A stretch of DNA of 63,650 bases, the filler included, from Reticulomyxa filosa (taxonomy: Eukaryota > Protista > Foraminifera): the NCBI GenBank assembly GCA_000512085.1. It is 21 parts of 21 records of this genome, joined end to end, with 100 filler letters (N's around TTAATTAATTAA, not from the genome) between each part and the next. Parts side by side here need not be neighbours in the genome. Positions count along the whole stretch, not along the records: positions 36,641 to 37,960 come from ASPP01038482.1; positions 38,061 to 39,699 come from ASPP01026158.1; positions 39,800 to 45,475 come from ASPP01003404.1; positions 45,576 to 46,601 come from ASPP01020473.1; positions 46,702 to 47,827 come from ASPP01037792.1; positions 47,928 to 49,741 come from ASPP01028880.1; positions 49,842 to 50,967 come from ASPP01032927.1; 14 more parts are not named here. One strand, 5' to 3'. The position numbers and the translations under genes are program-made. Positions 36,541 to 50,400 of the stretch are shown here, one piece after another (the stretch's first letter is position 1; the number at the start of each line of letters is the position of its first letter). The notes under the pieces are model-generated. The model worked only from the letters and a program-made list of their open reading frames with translations, did not search any database and was not told the DNA's origin.

Positions 36541-37085
36541 NNNNNNNNNNNNNNNNNNNNNNNNNNNNNNNNNNNNNNNNNNNNTTAATTAATTAANNNN
36601 NNNNNNNNNNNNNNNNNNNNNNNNNNNNNNNNNNNNNNNNAATGCAAATCTGATGAACATAAAGATAGCTACGAACATGGACAAAGGTAAGTACACAAAA
36701 ATAATTTATATATACAAACAAATACGACGAACACGAATGAAACAATTTATAAAATGACTTATAATAAACATAAACAAAGGGACTTATACGAACAACGTTC
36801 AATCAAACATGAACACTAAGATAAATACTGGCAGACATAAGCACAAGCTCGAGTACGTACACAAATATAACAATACGAATACGAATACAAATATGATAAT
36901 GAAGACACTTATACCATACGGAAGGGGACAATAGCACAAACACAAAAAAAGAAGAAAACATTGGACACTAGCACGAATACTAATAAACAAGATAATGACA
37001 CAAAAAAAAAACTTATATACAATACACAAATGATGATATAAGTACATACATAATCATAAAACACAAACAAAGTAATATTACGAAT

Positions 37086-37960
37086 ATGGATATGAAAAGT
37101 GTTCAAGTGAGCACAGACAGACATTATCATAAATTCGAAAAAGACGAAAATGGACACAAACAAATAATCGCACCAACAAGATCTATCAATAAAAAAAATA
37201 AACGTAAATTATATGAAATATATGATAATAATAAGGAATTACAGTTATTAGAACCAAAGACAAAGACGAAAATTAGTGATATTAATCTAAATATAATTGG
37301 AAATATCTTAACTGTTAATAACATGGTATGTATTTATATAAAAATATTTTTTATTAGTGTTTGTTGTTATGTAATCGTTGAATGTTGTGTCGGCGTGAGA
37401 TGTTGTGTCGGTGTGGAATGTCGACTTGAGATGTTGTGTTGCATATGATGTTGTGTCGGCGCTTAAGTTAGTTTTGACTTTTAAGTCAATTCTAACTTAT
37501 ACGTTGTTTTCGGCTCATATGTTGTTTTCAGCTATCAAATTATTATCGACTTGAGATGTTGTGTTGCGTATGATGTTGTGCCGGCGTTTAAGTTAGTTTT
37601 GACTTTTAAGTCAATTCTAACTTGTACGTTGTTTTCGGCTCATACGTTGTTGTCGGCTCTCACATTATTGTCTGCTTCCACGTTGTTGTAGGCTATCACG
37701 TTGTTATATACTATCATGTTGTTGTCGGCTTCCACGTTATTGGCAACAGCACTTATATTTTATATTTATACATATTTACATAAACTACAATTTTGTAAAG
37801 TTTTTTTATATAAAATATAATAGAAATCCAGAAAATCAAGGAGAATTTGGCATATTGATACGAAATATATTGTAAATACATTAGTTGATCAAAACAATGT
37901 CAAAGACAAAGAAATAGAAATATTAAAAGAAAAATTAGTAAATAAAGAAGAAGAATTATT
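37086..37960 (+). CDS. Fragment of a hypothetical coiled-coil protein (two exons around intron ~37326-37823)
   Basis: Phase-0 join NNM|gtatgt...atag|KSRKSRR...KDKEIEILKEKLVNKEEEL. Confidence 0.35.
37380..37740. repeat. Intronic minisatellite: ~18-20-nt GTTG(T)TGTCGGC-type units with a 125-bp higher-order duplication (37421 and 37546)
   Basis: Two copies of tcgacttgagatgttgtgttgc...aagttagttttgacttttaagtcaattctaactt. Confidence 0.85.
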
Positions 37961-39799
37961 NNNNNNNNNNNNNNNNNNNNNNNNNNNNNNNNNNNNNNNN
38001 NNNNTTAATTAATTAANNNNNNNNNNNNNNNNNNNNNNNNNNNNNNNNNNNNNNNNNNNNTCGCAACAATAATAATTTAAAAAATGCTCCGGCTGACTGG
38101 CCCCTTGCAACACTGGAAACCACCAAATAACGCAACAGAATAAATAACTAGTAATCCACAATTACGACTTTCACTACGAATACGATCTTGGTTCTATTTT
38201 ATTTAATGTGACGTCTCTAACACACTCCAACTTTCAGTTTCCAAAACAAAAAAAAGAAAGACAGTTTATTTAACTTGAAGGAACAATATCGACACTAAAT
38301 CAATCGTAATCACAACGAACGACTCGAACAGTAACAACTTCAAAAAAAAAGGAGAAAGTTCACACTAAACTTTTTAAGACATTTGGCTAGCATGTAGATA
38401 ATAAGTAAAACCCTATCTTTTTTTGTTTATGCAAATATCAACGATATTCTGCAAGTAATTCATGTATGATGTGTAAATTTAATTTAATGTTTTTGTTTCA
38501 GTCTCGACAAAAGAATAAATACATCAATAATATTTAACAAGTTTATCAAATCTTGAATGTACATCTCTTATTATCCATGATATTCCTTAGTGAAAATATT
38601 TGGGATTTTTTTTTCCAAAAGATCTATTTATTCATTTTTGTTGTAAAAGATATTGAGGTGATTGATATAAAATCTCATTCAAATCAAAACATTGTTGAAA
38701 TTGTTTGGATGTTGTATAAAAGATTCCATATTTCATAAATGCAAACAGATGTATAATTGTTATTGACATCATCCTACGTGATCTTATTATTGAATTATCA
38801 TTAATAGTTTTTGTCGATTTCTGTATATTTTGAGTTTTTTATTGTTGGGCCATATATTGGTATTGTGTTTTTGTATTACAAATAGTTTTGAAACAAAAGA
38901 AAAAAACATCTTTCATCAATCGTGTACGTATCAAAATGCACATTAATTTTTTTTAATAAAGTGAAAATGAATATTGTTCATGAGTGCGAAAGGTCTAATT
39001 CCAGTTTTTTTTTTTTGATGTCCAGCATCATTTGTCTCGTTCCTTTAAATCAAAGATTAGTAAAAAAAAAAAGTGATTCCAGGATTGCCGACGAAAGACT
39101 CTGTAGAGCATTAACTTCAAACCTTCAAAAGAGCTATCCTGACAATTTTTTTTAAAAAAAAAGAAATCATTATGAAAATGACTATTGTCATCAATTTTTT
39201 GCAAATCCAATAAATAATTCAATCAACACAAGATTGTGCCTATCATATGATAGATTGTTATTTGAAATATGTTGAACCAATCTAGTTCAACAAAAAATGT
39301 TAAAAAAGCAAAATAATATTTAAAAAATACACGATTTGTAGATATTTTTTAAAAAAATTGGATCTGAATGTTTTTTCATGTGGAAAATCAATCATTTCTA
39401 TAAGATGCCAAATTTACTTTGCATTCTGTAGTATATCTTATACTAGCAAATACTATTATCAAATATAAAATTGAACGTGTCTTTTTTAAGCTTTGCACTG
39501 TGATGGCGGAAGGTGTCAGACTAATAATTGCTTCATTTTCTACTCATCAATGATTTTAGCGCTTAACTATATACCTCAAAAAAGCAAGTTGAAAAGCGCC
39601 TAGCACAAAATAGAACATTGCACAAATAGACACGCGAAAAAAGTACAATTATAAAATTAAACAAATTTAAATGTATTTTGAAATAAATTTTAAAGTATTN
39701 NNNNNNNNNNNNNNNNNNNNNNNNNNNNNNNNNNNNNNNNNNNTTAATTAATTAANNNNNNNNNNNNNNNNNNNNNNNNNNNNNNNNNNNNNNNNNNNN

Positions 39800-41380
39800 T
39801 CATCATCATCATCATCATCGTCATCATCATCATCATCATCTATTACAACAGCCTCTTCACTTCCCAATCGAAAGTCTACTACAACAGTGTCATCATCCAT
39901 TCCCACGACGACGGACTCTTCCACTTCACACTCTTTATCTGTCGCTGCGCAAGCGAAAAAGCGCAATCGATGGTCGTCGTTGTCGTCGTCATCCGCTTGC
40001 TATGCGATGCGTGTCGCACTGTTTCGCAACAAGCTGGTGCTGTACCCCATGCCGGACGGCAGCTCTCGAGAAATGGAGCTGTACACGATCGGCGGCATCT
40101 ACATCAAGAACCACGTGCCGTTCGACCATTGTCACACGCTCATCATCGCGTCTTGCAAAGACCTGACGTTGGCCGCTAATGGTGTCAATCCATTGACCGT
40201 TCTCTCCTATCTCCATGGCAATCCCCACTACAATAACTACGCTCATCTCAATCCCTCCCTCGCCAATGCTGATGATCGAATCCGAAAAGTTTTACAGTTT
40301 AAATGAGTCCATATTTATATATATATATATATATATATATGTTATATTAATTATTTAATATAACATATATACATATATATATTTTTTAAAAAAAAAAAAA
40401 AAAGAAATGGAGATATCGAGTGCTATCAGTTGACGATATTCGAAGATAGCAAAAAATTGGTGAATGAGTTGTCGGAACGACTGCCGAACCACGTGTGGAA
40501 CACACAGTTTGTGACTCCATTTGGCGAGGAGAGCAAAGTGGTGGACGACTTTGATAGCGATATTTTGGAGTTGCTTTTGGGTAGTCGGATGTCGATGGCT
40601 TCGGACGAAGAGCAGCCATCTTCCATTATTGCCAACATCGATTCTTCCAACAACAACAACAACAATAATAATAGCGAATACACGTTTACGAAACTGACTA
40701 GTGGAGTCGCGGCAGGCATCACTGGTGCTGTTATGGACTCCATTGGGGGCGCTCAAAAAGAAGGAGTCAAAGGCTTTTTACGAGTTATTGCCACGGGCTT
40801 GTCTGGAGTTGCCACAAAGCCGTTTGGGTCGTGGCGTCTCACTTCTGATACAACGCCTTTGTTAGAGGAATCCAATGTCAATACTTCTGCTGGCACAGCT
40901 CCGTCGTCCGCCAATGACGGCAATAACAATAACAATAACAATAACCCTTCAACAGTCACTTTGTCCAATGCAGTGCCGACGACTCAAGACAGAGATAGAT
41001 ATGACACCAAAGAAAATGAACGGTCGTTGGCTTTGAAACGTGAATCGGGAGGGGGACATTTCAGACATGAGTCCGATGACACCATGAGTGAGTCGTCTTT
41101 GGCAAGTGATACCACTACGCTGACTGGCATTAGCGAAACTGTCACTTTGGACTCTCAAGATGAGGACACAGCCAAACATAAAACATATGTCTTTTCAAAT
41201 ACTGCTGTTGTCACTTCTACTTCTGCTACTGCTACTACTGCTACTACTGCTACTACTGCTACTGCTGCTCCTCAAAATGTCAATTTGTCCTCACGGCTTG
41301 TTTTTCATTCCAAAACAAATAACCCCAATACTACTTCTGCAAATGTAACCATACAAAAAGATCCACGGGGAAAAACGTAA
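39800..41380 (+). CDS. 3' part of a low-complexity hypothetical protein containing a VPS13/ATG2 C-terminal-like amphipathic motif
   Basis: Exons ~39800-40303 and ~40429-41380; GVAAGITGAVMDSIGGAQKEGVKGFLRVIATGLSGVATKP. Confidence 0.55.
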
Positions 41381-41809
41381 ATTCAATCTTCTTTCTGCTT
41401 TTGCTATGTGAAAAATATGTACATTTTGATATAAATAATCTATTTCTGCTGACCACACTTTTGTGTTTGCTTCGCTTCCCAAATCCACAACAAGGACTGC
41501 ATTTTTTTTTTCTCTGTTTTATGACTGAACGAATGCATATTCCAAGTATTATTATTTTGCTTCATGAAAGTACAAAAACAAACCATTTTTCTCTGATCAA
41601 ACATTCTCAAAGAAAATAATTTTTTTAGTTTACCCTTCCAATTAAAACTCACTTCATAAGTGCAATTGATAATAAATAGTAAAAACATCTTTTTCTCCTC
41701 AGGTTCGAGAGCTTTTGCATTAAAAAAGTGTTTGTTTTTAAAAAATACGATCATAGATTGCTTACAAACAACAAAAACAAAGGCTTTAGTTGAAGGCTTA
41801 AAACAAAAA

Positions 41810-42235
41810 ATGAAATTGGGATATTTGGGCGCATCAATAGCGGGCATATTGTTTGGAATAGGATGGTGGATGTTTATAAGTGCATGTGTGGAAGTGAACA
41901 GTGGCAGTAAGTATACACTCGAATTTGTTGACGCGTTGCCAATGACAGGAGTGACAATAGGATTTATATTGTTGGTAACATTCCATTGGTCATATTTAGA
42001 CGCATTGGATGAAGAGTATAACACGAGATGCACGAACATCGCCGTGTGGGCAAGGATTGTATTGTTTTTTGTGATTATGGTTAGTTTTGGCTCGTTGGTT
42101 GGGAGTGGAATTTTATTGGCAACCAAATGGGCCAACAAAGATGTCACTTATGGCGTTTTGCAATTGATTTCGACCATTCTGATTTTTGCCTCTGCACTCA
42201 TCTGGAGACTTGCCCGCAATTTTACGAGCGACTAA
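41810..42235 (+). CDS. Vps68/TMEM50 (UPF0220) family four-TM protein
   Basis: AGILFGIGWWMFI, ARIVLF..SFGSLVGS, ILIFASALIWR; 141 aa. Confidence 0.8.
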   Translation: MKLGYLGASIAGILFGIGWWMFISACVEVNSGSKYTLEFVDALPMTGVTIGFILLVTFHWSYLDALDEEYNTRCTNIAVWARIVLFFVIMVSFGSLVGSGILLATKWANKDVTYGVLQLISTILIFASALIWRLARNFTSD

Positions 42236-42830
42236 TGTTCATCCCAATTTTTTTGGGTGACCCCACAAGAATCTATCGTTCATTCAAACAATGGCATGTC
42301 CACTTTATCGGATTTTTTTATTTTTTTTTAAAAAGGGGTAACAAAACGTGTAGAGATGTAAGCGTGTCAATGGGAGTTGGTCGTTTTTAACTTTTCCCCC
42401 AAAAACGACAAAAACTTAATTACGATGATAAAAAAATGTTGAAGCGAAAGTAACTTTGACAACTTTTTGCAAATTTTTGTAAGTAAAAAACATGACATTA
42501 GTCCTCTTCTTCTACATTGTTGTTCGATTCTCTCGCATAGTGTACTTCCTTTTTTTTTGCTAAAACGTGCCTCATTGCTATCTTTGCCCCTTTTTGGAAA
42601 GAACCGCCTGGCAATTTGAGCCTTTTTGTTTTTTTTATCTTTGTCATTGATTTGACAGAAAGGGTTTTACAAAAACCTTTTAAATCAATTTTTTCCCATA
42701 ATTGGAGATTTGCAAGACAATGCAATGACATCAAATTTTGTAAGCAATAAATTAGAGCGAGAAAAAAAAAGGGTTGACAATTGACAATTTGAAAAGTCTT
42801 TTGATACAAAAATGCAAATCAAAAAGAAGA

Positions 42831-44289
42831 TCAGCCTCGAACAGCCAAATTGAAAAGATGTTTGAGTTTTCGATAGTGGTTTGTTGAACACAATTGACTT
42901 CGTCATTGGTTAAAGTGCGATCGGGGTGTCTATAAGAGATTCGAAAGCATTTGGACAACAGATGATTGCTTTTACGACTTCGGAACTCATCGATTAGTTG
43001 GACCTGTCCCACCAGATTTTGAGCAACGAATCGCACCATTTCCATCCAGTCATGTTCATGGAAAGTGTTTTCATCTTTCACCCAAAATGAAATATCTTTA
43101 TAGCAAACAGGGTATTTGCTATATGGAGTAAGCTCCTGTCTGAGAATTGTGACAAGAACCGCTCGTCTAAACTCCAAAACTGTCGAATGTCATCGATTTC
43201 AAGCAATGGCATTGCCAATCGTTCCAATCCCAGTCCAAACACCCATCCAATGCTATCTCCCAACTTGCAATTCTTCAATATTTTGGAATGGATTACACCC
43301 GACCCAAAGATCTGTTCAAAAAAAAAGAGCCACAAAAAAATGAAAACCCATAACAATTAAATTTAAAAAAAAAAACAGTGATAAATATATAACATAAAAA
43401 TATATATCTCACATATAATAAACTTATTTGTCTAAACTTCCAGCCATTTGTCTTTGCTAAGTTGAACTTCCATTTGTAAGGAAGGGTCTGTGAAAGGAAA
43501 TTAATCATCCTCCCAACGATAGGGACGTCCTGGGAACAGGTAGTTGATCAGCGATTCCAATGTCTTTTTCAAGTCCTTTTTGACATCCCTCAGTGTCATT
43601 TCCGAGCGTTTCCATAGACGCACCCCTTCCGTCTGGTGGAACACTGGATAGCGCGTATGGTCTATTGTATCCTTCCGCCTGTTATCAAAAACGTCGATGT
43701 CCGGCAAGCATCATTTCTGTTTGATGGGACTTAAAAAAAGTAATATATGCATATATTATAATGTGTATGTAAGGAATGCAAAAAAATTAATTGGGCTTGG
43801 AAATTTCCAAGAAATTTCTTTTTTAAAAAAAAAAGAAATCAAAACAGAAGTTTGTGGACGTAGGATAGTGTTTTCATCAATGTAGTAAGTGTCGGTTAAT
43901 CTTCGACTGGGATGAGAAAATCTTCGAAGTTTTGTTTGCAAGTGACAACTTCAGAGAAATTGTCTTTCGTTACAAATATATCATCGTACTCTTTCTTGAA
44001 ATGATTGTATATTTGCTTTTTTGTTATCCCAATTGGGTTCTTTTCATTCAAATGCAGTTTACGCTCTCGTAGTGCATTTATTTTTTTTGATACATTTATC
44101 GTTCCTGGCACTGTCATTCCTCCTGCATCTTCTAATTTTTTTTTTTTTTTCAGTTGGTTGTTCAAAACAAAACGAGAAACACCAAGATACAATACACACA
44201 CTACTTTTCATTGTGATTTGGCTCATGTGCCTGCTTTGGAGAGGAGCCAAAATGTGCTTTGCTCTTGTCATGTAACTTGATAACATCAT
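42831..44289 (-). CDS. FARS2: Mitochondrial-type monomeric phenylalanyl-tRNA synthetase (multi-exon, several frameshifts)
   Basis: HPSRRLTDTYYID..ILRPQTS, RRKDTIDHTRYPVFHQTEG, GWVFGLGLERLAM, DIRQFWSLDERF, C-terminal FDX-ACB domain (KDISFW...CFRISYRH..RTLTNDEVN). Confidence 0.9.
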
Positions 44290-44943
44290 TTTTTTTAATA
44301 TACACAAAAGTAGGGTTCCTTTCTAATTCTATTGGTTGTGTGACAACGATCTTAAACCTTTGAACTTGTTTAATTTTCATTTTTCTTTTGGAATTATTTT
44401 TTTATTTATGATGCTGTGAAGTTGTTGTATTGACTACATCGTAATGATTATCCAAATTTGACACTATTAAACATGCCCCCATTTGCAGATCATGTTGTAT
44501 ATTAAACGAAGAGGATGAATCCATTAAATCCTCAGAAGTACATTGTTTTATTAGTACATCAACTTTAAACACATTTTCTTTTTTTTTGTGATTGTTCGGC
44601 GTAATTTTGAAGGACAAACAAAAAATTGAAGGAGCTCACAAACGAATTTGTATTACATTATTTTTTTGGAAATATTGGGAAAAAAAAAAGACACCTCTCA
44701 CATTTTTAAACAAACAAAAAAAACAAAACGATATTTGAACCTAATTTTACTTTTCAAACAGGACTATTAAAAAACAAAACAAAACAATCACCAAAATGAA
44801 GAAAAATCGATAAACGTATAATAAAAATTCGAGCAAGGAAAGCATCAAGAAATGACGAATACAACATTTTCAAAAAAAAAAAAAAAAAAAAAAGTTTAAA
44901 TAGACAACCGTTGTTAACCGTGTGTGAATAGAAGACGCAACGG

Positions 44944-45475
44944 TCAAGCGGGATCAATATCATCCAAGTCTTGAGACCAGTTGCTGGAGGAGCTATTGGA
45001 ATTGTGACTATGAGTGGACTTATGAAGTGAAGAAGAAGAAGGAGCAGCAGCAGTAGCATTGGATTGATTTGTTTCAGCAATGTTATGCAATTGTCGCTTT
45101 TTAGTAAAGATGTCAAGCAGCCTGCGATCTCCCATGGAATGGTGCCTAGCGATTTTAACTCCGGTCGAATATTCGATGTGCTTATCATGTTCGGTCATAA
45201 TGCGGATATTGCCTTCTTGCAAAGCAACGATGAAATTTTCCAAAGGGATTTCCTCGTCCAACATGTCAATGTCATTATTGTCCGTCATAATGTGCACCTT
45301 CTCCGTTTCGAAAGACAAGCTTTGAAACTCCAAGTGCACGGCCTGCGTGGCCGCACTCACGTTGCTTAGAATTGATTGACTATCGCTTTGCACTTGCGAC
45401 CGCGAGTGACTCCCATAACTTTCCACAATCTCTTTGACCGATAGGTCGTCCGTCGTCCCTTTCGAGTCATGCGTT
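44944..45475 (-). CDS. C-terminal fragment of a Ser-rich hypothetical protein
   Basis: 160-aa ORF near the contig edge with coding-like composition. Confidence 0.5.
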
Positions 45476-45575
45476 NNNNNNNNNNNNNNNNNNNNNNNNN
45501 NNNNNNNNNNNNNNNNNNNTTAATTAATTAANNNNNNNNNNNNNNNNNNNNNNNNNNNNNNNNNNNNNNNNNNNN

Positions 45576-46601
45576 TTCATTACCATTGCCATTGCCATTG
45601 CCATTGCCATTGCCATTGCCGTCGTTTCGAACACGTCGTTCAAACATGAGTGATAACGAAGGAGTGGCATGATGCACTCTCGATGGCGTCTGTCGAGACA
45701 AAGCATCCAAGCCGTCCAAAATGTGGTCGATACTGTCTTTTAATAACGGAATGACCAGCTTCGGCGAGTTGGTACAGCCGAGCAATGCCTTTTTGATATA
45801 TATATATATATAAGGAAGAAAAGAAAAAGATATTTTGTGATTTAGATTTACCCTTTGCAAAAAAAAAAATAAATAAATAAATAAATAACTCGTAAAATAT
45901 TTGGCGTTCGAAACGAGACAATGTCCGCACCTACTCCTTGCGAGTATGTGGAAAAGCGGAACAAGTCGTGGGCGACCCTGTCGATGATATAGTCGCAATT
46001 GGTGAGAATGAGATGGTCCAAATCGGAGTAGCCGCCGGCATAGGCCATGTGACACAAACTAGTCCACGCGCAATTGTGGACCGCGTGCAAGACACTTGCT
46101 GCTGCTGCTGTTGCTGTTGCAATAGTAGTAGTTTGAGACACATTGCTGTTGATGTCATGCATCGACGTGGCAGTAGTAGTAGCAGTAGTAGTAGTAGTGT
46201 ACTGCCATGACAATTTGGATAGAATTGGATACAACACGTGAATCCATAGTCGATCCAGGTATTGTGGCTGTTGAAACATGTATGCCACGCTGACCATCCA
46301 ACGTAAGATTAATGATACCAGCCATCCATTCTCATGCAGCTCCTTCCAGCTCAACAATCGACCTGGCTCTTCATTTTTCCATTGTCCTCCTCCCTTCTGT
46401 TGGGAGGGCAATGCAGGCGTCGCAGAACTCACCGTCGCGTACAGCCGTTTCGCCAGCATCACTTGGTTGCTCAACGGCACGTGGAACAAACTGCTGCTTG
46501 TGTCTTCGTCTGCAAACAGCTGCACGATCCATGGATAGAGGAATGTATACAGCTCTTCCTTCCAAGCAGACTCTTCCTCTTCCAACGAAGAAGAAGAAGA
46601 A
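45576..46601 (-). CDS. Internal fragment of a TTI1-like HEAT-repeat protein (TTT complex)
   Basis: VLYPILSKL...AWTSLCHMAYAGGYSDLDHLILTNCDYIIDRV...TPNIL...PLLKDSIDHILDGLD matches the recalled TTI1 central motif. Confidence 0.65.
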
Positions 46602-46701
46602 NNNNNNNNNNNNNNNNNNNNNNNNNNNNNNNNNNNNNNNNNNNNTTAATTAATTAANNNNNNNNNNNNNNNNNNNNNNNNNNNNNNNNNNNNNNNNNNN
46701 N

Positions 46702-47453
46702 TACATATACACAAAATATATAATAATAGCTTCACGAAACACGTACATCTCCATTAAGCAAGGTAACCGATAATCCACGTTCATCAGCGTTGTTACTGAT
46801 AACGCAATGATGCATTTCTTGACATACACGTAACGCGTAATCAACACTGTGTAAGCAATTAAAGCCACCATTTTTGTACTTGTCTATTTTTTAGATTCTC
46901 TTTTTTTCTCTTCTGCTACCACCACAGGCATTTGACTGATTCGGATATTCAATATTTCGCCATATGAAGCAAAGTACTCCATCAATTCGTGTTGACTCAT
47001 TTTTCTAATTGTACGTACACAAAACACATTTGAAATTTGATTTAACAAAAACATTGGAAACAAAAAAAACAACAAAACGGTGGCAAATTGGTGACTTTAA
47101 TAGTAGTCAAAGTTTCTCTGGGACACCAAATTACACGAACTCGGATTTCCTTATGTCGGAACATCATGTGGTCTTTATCTGATCAGTTTTTTTTTTTAAA
47201 AAAATATTCTACATATATTCAGAATACAAATTCTTGTTGTTTGTTTGTTTGTTTTTTTTATTTCCAGAAAACTGATCGCGGCCAAACAAGCATTTCTTGT
47301 GCTAAAAAATTGAATGAACGCAGTTGAAACCATTGAGTCTTGCGCACATTCAATGTACAATCGCTTGATTGGACCAATGTCGTCGAACATCTCTACAACG
47401 TCTTTCTCCTCAAAGTCATGAGGTAAATTTGTCACTTTTATACAATAGCTCAT
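46702..47453 (-). CDS. RRM-domain RNA-binding protein, 5' part (multi-exon)
   Basis: IKVTNLPHDF (RNP2), TAFIQF (RNP1-like), second RRM-like VFCVRTI..ELMEYFASYGEI. Confidence 0.75.
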
Positions 47454-50400
47454 GTTCTCTACTTGCTTTTAGTGTATGGTACCGAAATTTACTTTGTCAA
47501 AATTAGTTCAAATTGTTTGGCCTATCTTCAAAAAAAAACTTCTTTCTCTACCCAAACCATATAGTACATTTGACGACTAGTTTACAAAGTGTTGAAAAAG
47601 GAAAGGATAAATGGAATGCTGTCAAATTTCATATCACCGTTGTCATTATTAAATGGAAGTTTTGCTGGAAAAACGACTTTCGCATCAACAAAAATATTAA
47701 CAAGAAAAAAAGATAATTCATCAATGAGTGACAAACAAAACAGTTTCAAAATTTGAAATTGATTTTTATCAACAAAGTTTATTATTAGTTTATTCATAAA
47801 AGATAAATGTTTGTTGCTATTTTTTTCNNNNNNNNNNNNNNNNNNNNNNNNNNNNNNNNNNNNNNNNNNNNTTAATTAATTAANNNNNNNNNNNNNNNNN
47901 NNNNNNNNNNNNNNNNNNNNNNNNNNNAACACACAACATATAGTTACAGATTGCACATAAACAAAAAAAAAAGATTTTACCTTATTTGGTACACAATATT
48001 TAATCCACCGCTCGCATTGAGTGACCACAACGACAAGTGGTGGAATTAAATTATCATTTGCGGCTTCTCCAATTTGTCAATTATTTGTGCCGCTTTGTGT
48101 AAATCTCCAAGCTCCGCACGTACACTATACACAAGTCACAGCCAAGAGAAAATATCTATATTGCAGAAATAAAAAAAAAGAAAAGAAAGATAACTTGGCA
48201 GCAGGACATAGCCGACATAGATTTGATATCAATAGAATTATTTGTAGGCATGCACAATATTATTAATCGCGAATATGTAAATATAATTGTAGTGTTGGAG
48301 CTGGAGCAATGTGTGAAGACAAGCGGGTCGATTGGTGCCCAAAGTCATGCGGATGTTGCATTGACTGCATAGATGCCACTGGAAGCCACTTACTCGAGAA
48401 ATCAGCGCTCTTTGCACAAAAAGAGTATCAGCATCACGGCCGACTTGCAATAGAATTGTTCGTCGGTTGCGTTATGCAAATTTCTCTTATTTGCACCAAT
48501 AGCGCTTGATTCCCCTTAAGGGCATGTAATGTGCAATCGGGCAATGGCGATGGATCTTCATTCAAGACTTGTACCAGCAGTTGCTGGTCGAACCATACGT
48601 TGGAATGTTCAGCGCCGTCTGTTCAGTCTTCACTTTGCAACACCAGCACATCATTACGTATATCTTGACGATCTGTATGATATATACAATTTTTGGTTTG
48701 TTTTCTTTTTTTAAAAAAAATAAATAAATAAAAAAACAACTTAACATTGTAGAATTGGATTACACTTGCAACATAGCCGGCGAAATTGTGCAAATTGATA
48801 ATAAGAATTGGGCAGCGATACGTTGGAATGACAAATTCGCTGCGACGATAGACTGTGTTTGCAGCTGAGTTCTGCGCTCGTGTCGATGTGGTACCAGTAA
48901 CAATTGATTGCAACAGCGTCTTGAATGCCATGCTCATTCCCGATTGTTGGCACCATCTGCATATTTCATCCGATTGTGGTATCATCAACAATTCCACTTT
49001 GCCATTTGTAAGTACGCTATTGTTTTTGTTATTATTTTTTAAAAAATCATTTTGAATCAAATTACTTATATGTGCAATCTATACTCCCCTTATTATTTCT
49101 GATATACGTAAACGTACAATTTTTTTTTTTTAATGAACATTTTTTTTTTCACATTTAATCTTTTAGTCAATGTTATTTACCTGTGTAATGTCGATTTGAA
49201 GGCCAATTTATAAAATGTTGCGGAGATTGTCGACTTAAACGGGAACATATTTATGGAAGGCATTTTGTTATGTGGGCTCTTTGGATTGATCGGTAGCTTG
49301 GTGAATACGCATACTTTCGTTATTTGATAGTATGGACTCTTATTGAAAATGTTCATCAACGATACGATTGTCAGGCCATTTATTTGTGAATATTGTGCAC
49401 ATTTCCATGTTGTCAATTCTACACTAGCTTATAGAATTGTTCCTTGATGTTGCAAATATTTATATTGTCGTGATTGTTCAAACGTGTTTGTCCGTTTCCA
49501 GTTGAACTGCCCATTTTCATTTTTTGCACTTGGCACCACCATGAACACATTTAATAAATGTGGAAGCACCAACGCCAAGGTGGATTTCACGCTGCTGCCA
49601 ACAACTAAAAGTCTACGCTCAATATTTTCTACTCAGCTTGTCCCCTCAGAAGAACATCAAATGAGCAACAAAGTCACGTTAAGAAAAAACAAAAAAGTTT
49701 GTGGCAAATCATTTGCAGCAATGCCGAGAATTGGAAAAATGNNNNNNNNNNNNNNNNNNNNNNNNNNNNNNNNNNNNNNNNNNNNTTAATTAATTAANNN
49801 NNNNNNNNNNNNNNNNNNNNNNNNNNNNNNNNNNNNNNNNNGAAAAAAACAAGTGGGAAAATGGTTGGAAAAAGATGGGAAAAATTGTTGGGAGAAGATG
49901 GGGAGATAGTTGGGAAAAGATGGGGATATAGTTGGGAAAATATGGGGAAAAATGATAAAAATTTTATTTAAGAAAATTATAAATTTTATTTAGGAAAAAT
50001 TTAAAAAATTAGAAAAAAATAAAAAAGAATGAAAAATAAAAAATGATAAATGTTGAAAAATTTTAAAAAAATGACAATTTGAAAAAAAAAAGACTAAAAA
50101 GAGAAAAAAAAAGAAAAAAAAGTAAAAGGGATAAAGGGATGGAAATGAATAAAAAAAAAAAGTCAAGTATGTATCCTTTGAATTTGTTTTTTTAAATAAC
50201 TAGTCAGATTGATTTGTTGAATTTTGCTATAGAATGTTCTTCATAACAAGAAACGCGCAAAGTCGCCACTCGTAGGCGTGGAACAACTTCACATATCGCG
50301 CCGCAATGGAAACTCTAAACGATTGTGTCAATTTCAAGCAGTGGCAGTTCGAAGCATTGTAAAGAGCATTTGGCATCAACACAGGCGCACAAAAGTTTCT

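Noticed and set aside
37380-37740. CRISPR array
   Set aside because: Degenerate units without unique spacers, in a eukaryotic intron, with no cas genes.
47928-49741. Identifiable gene on this contig (likewise 19520-22241 and 38061-39699)
   Set aside because: Coding-like patches and splice-like signals exist, but no consistent frame or recognisable motif could be supported.
49842-49960. Telomeric repeat
   Set aside because: GGG-containing purine-rich units are irregular in length and sequence; treated as low complexity.
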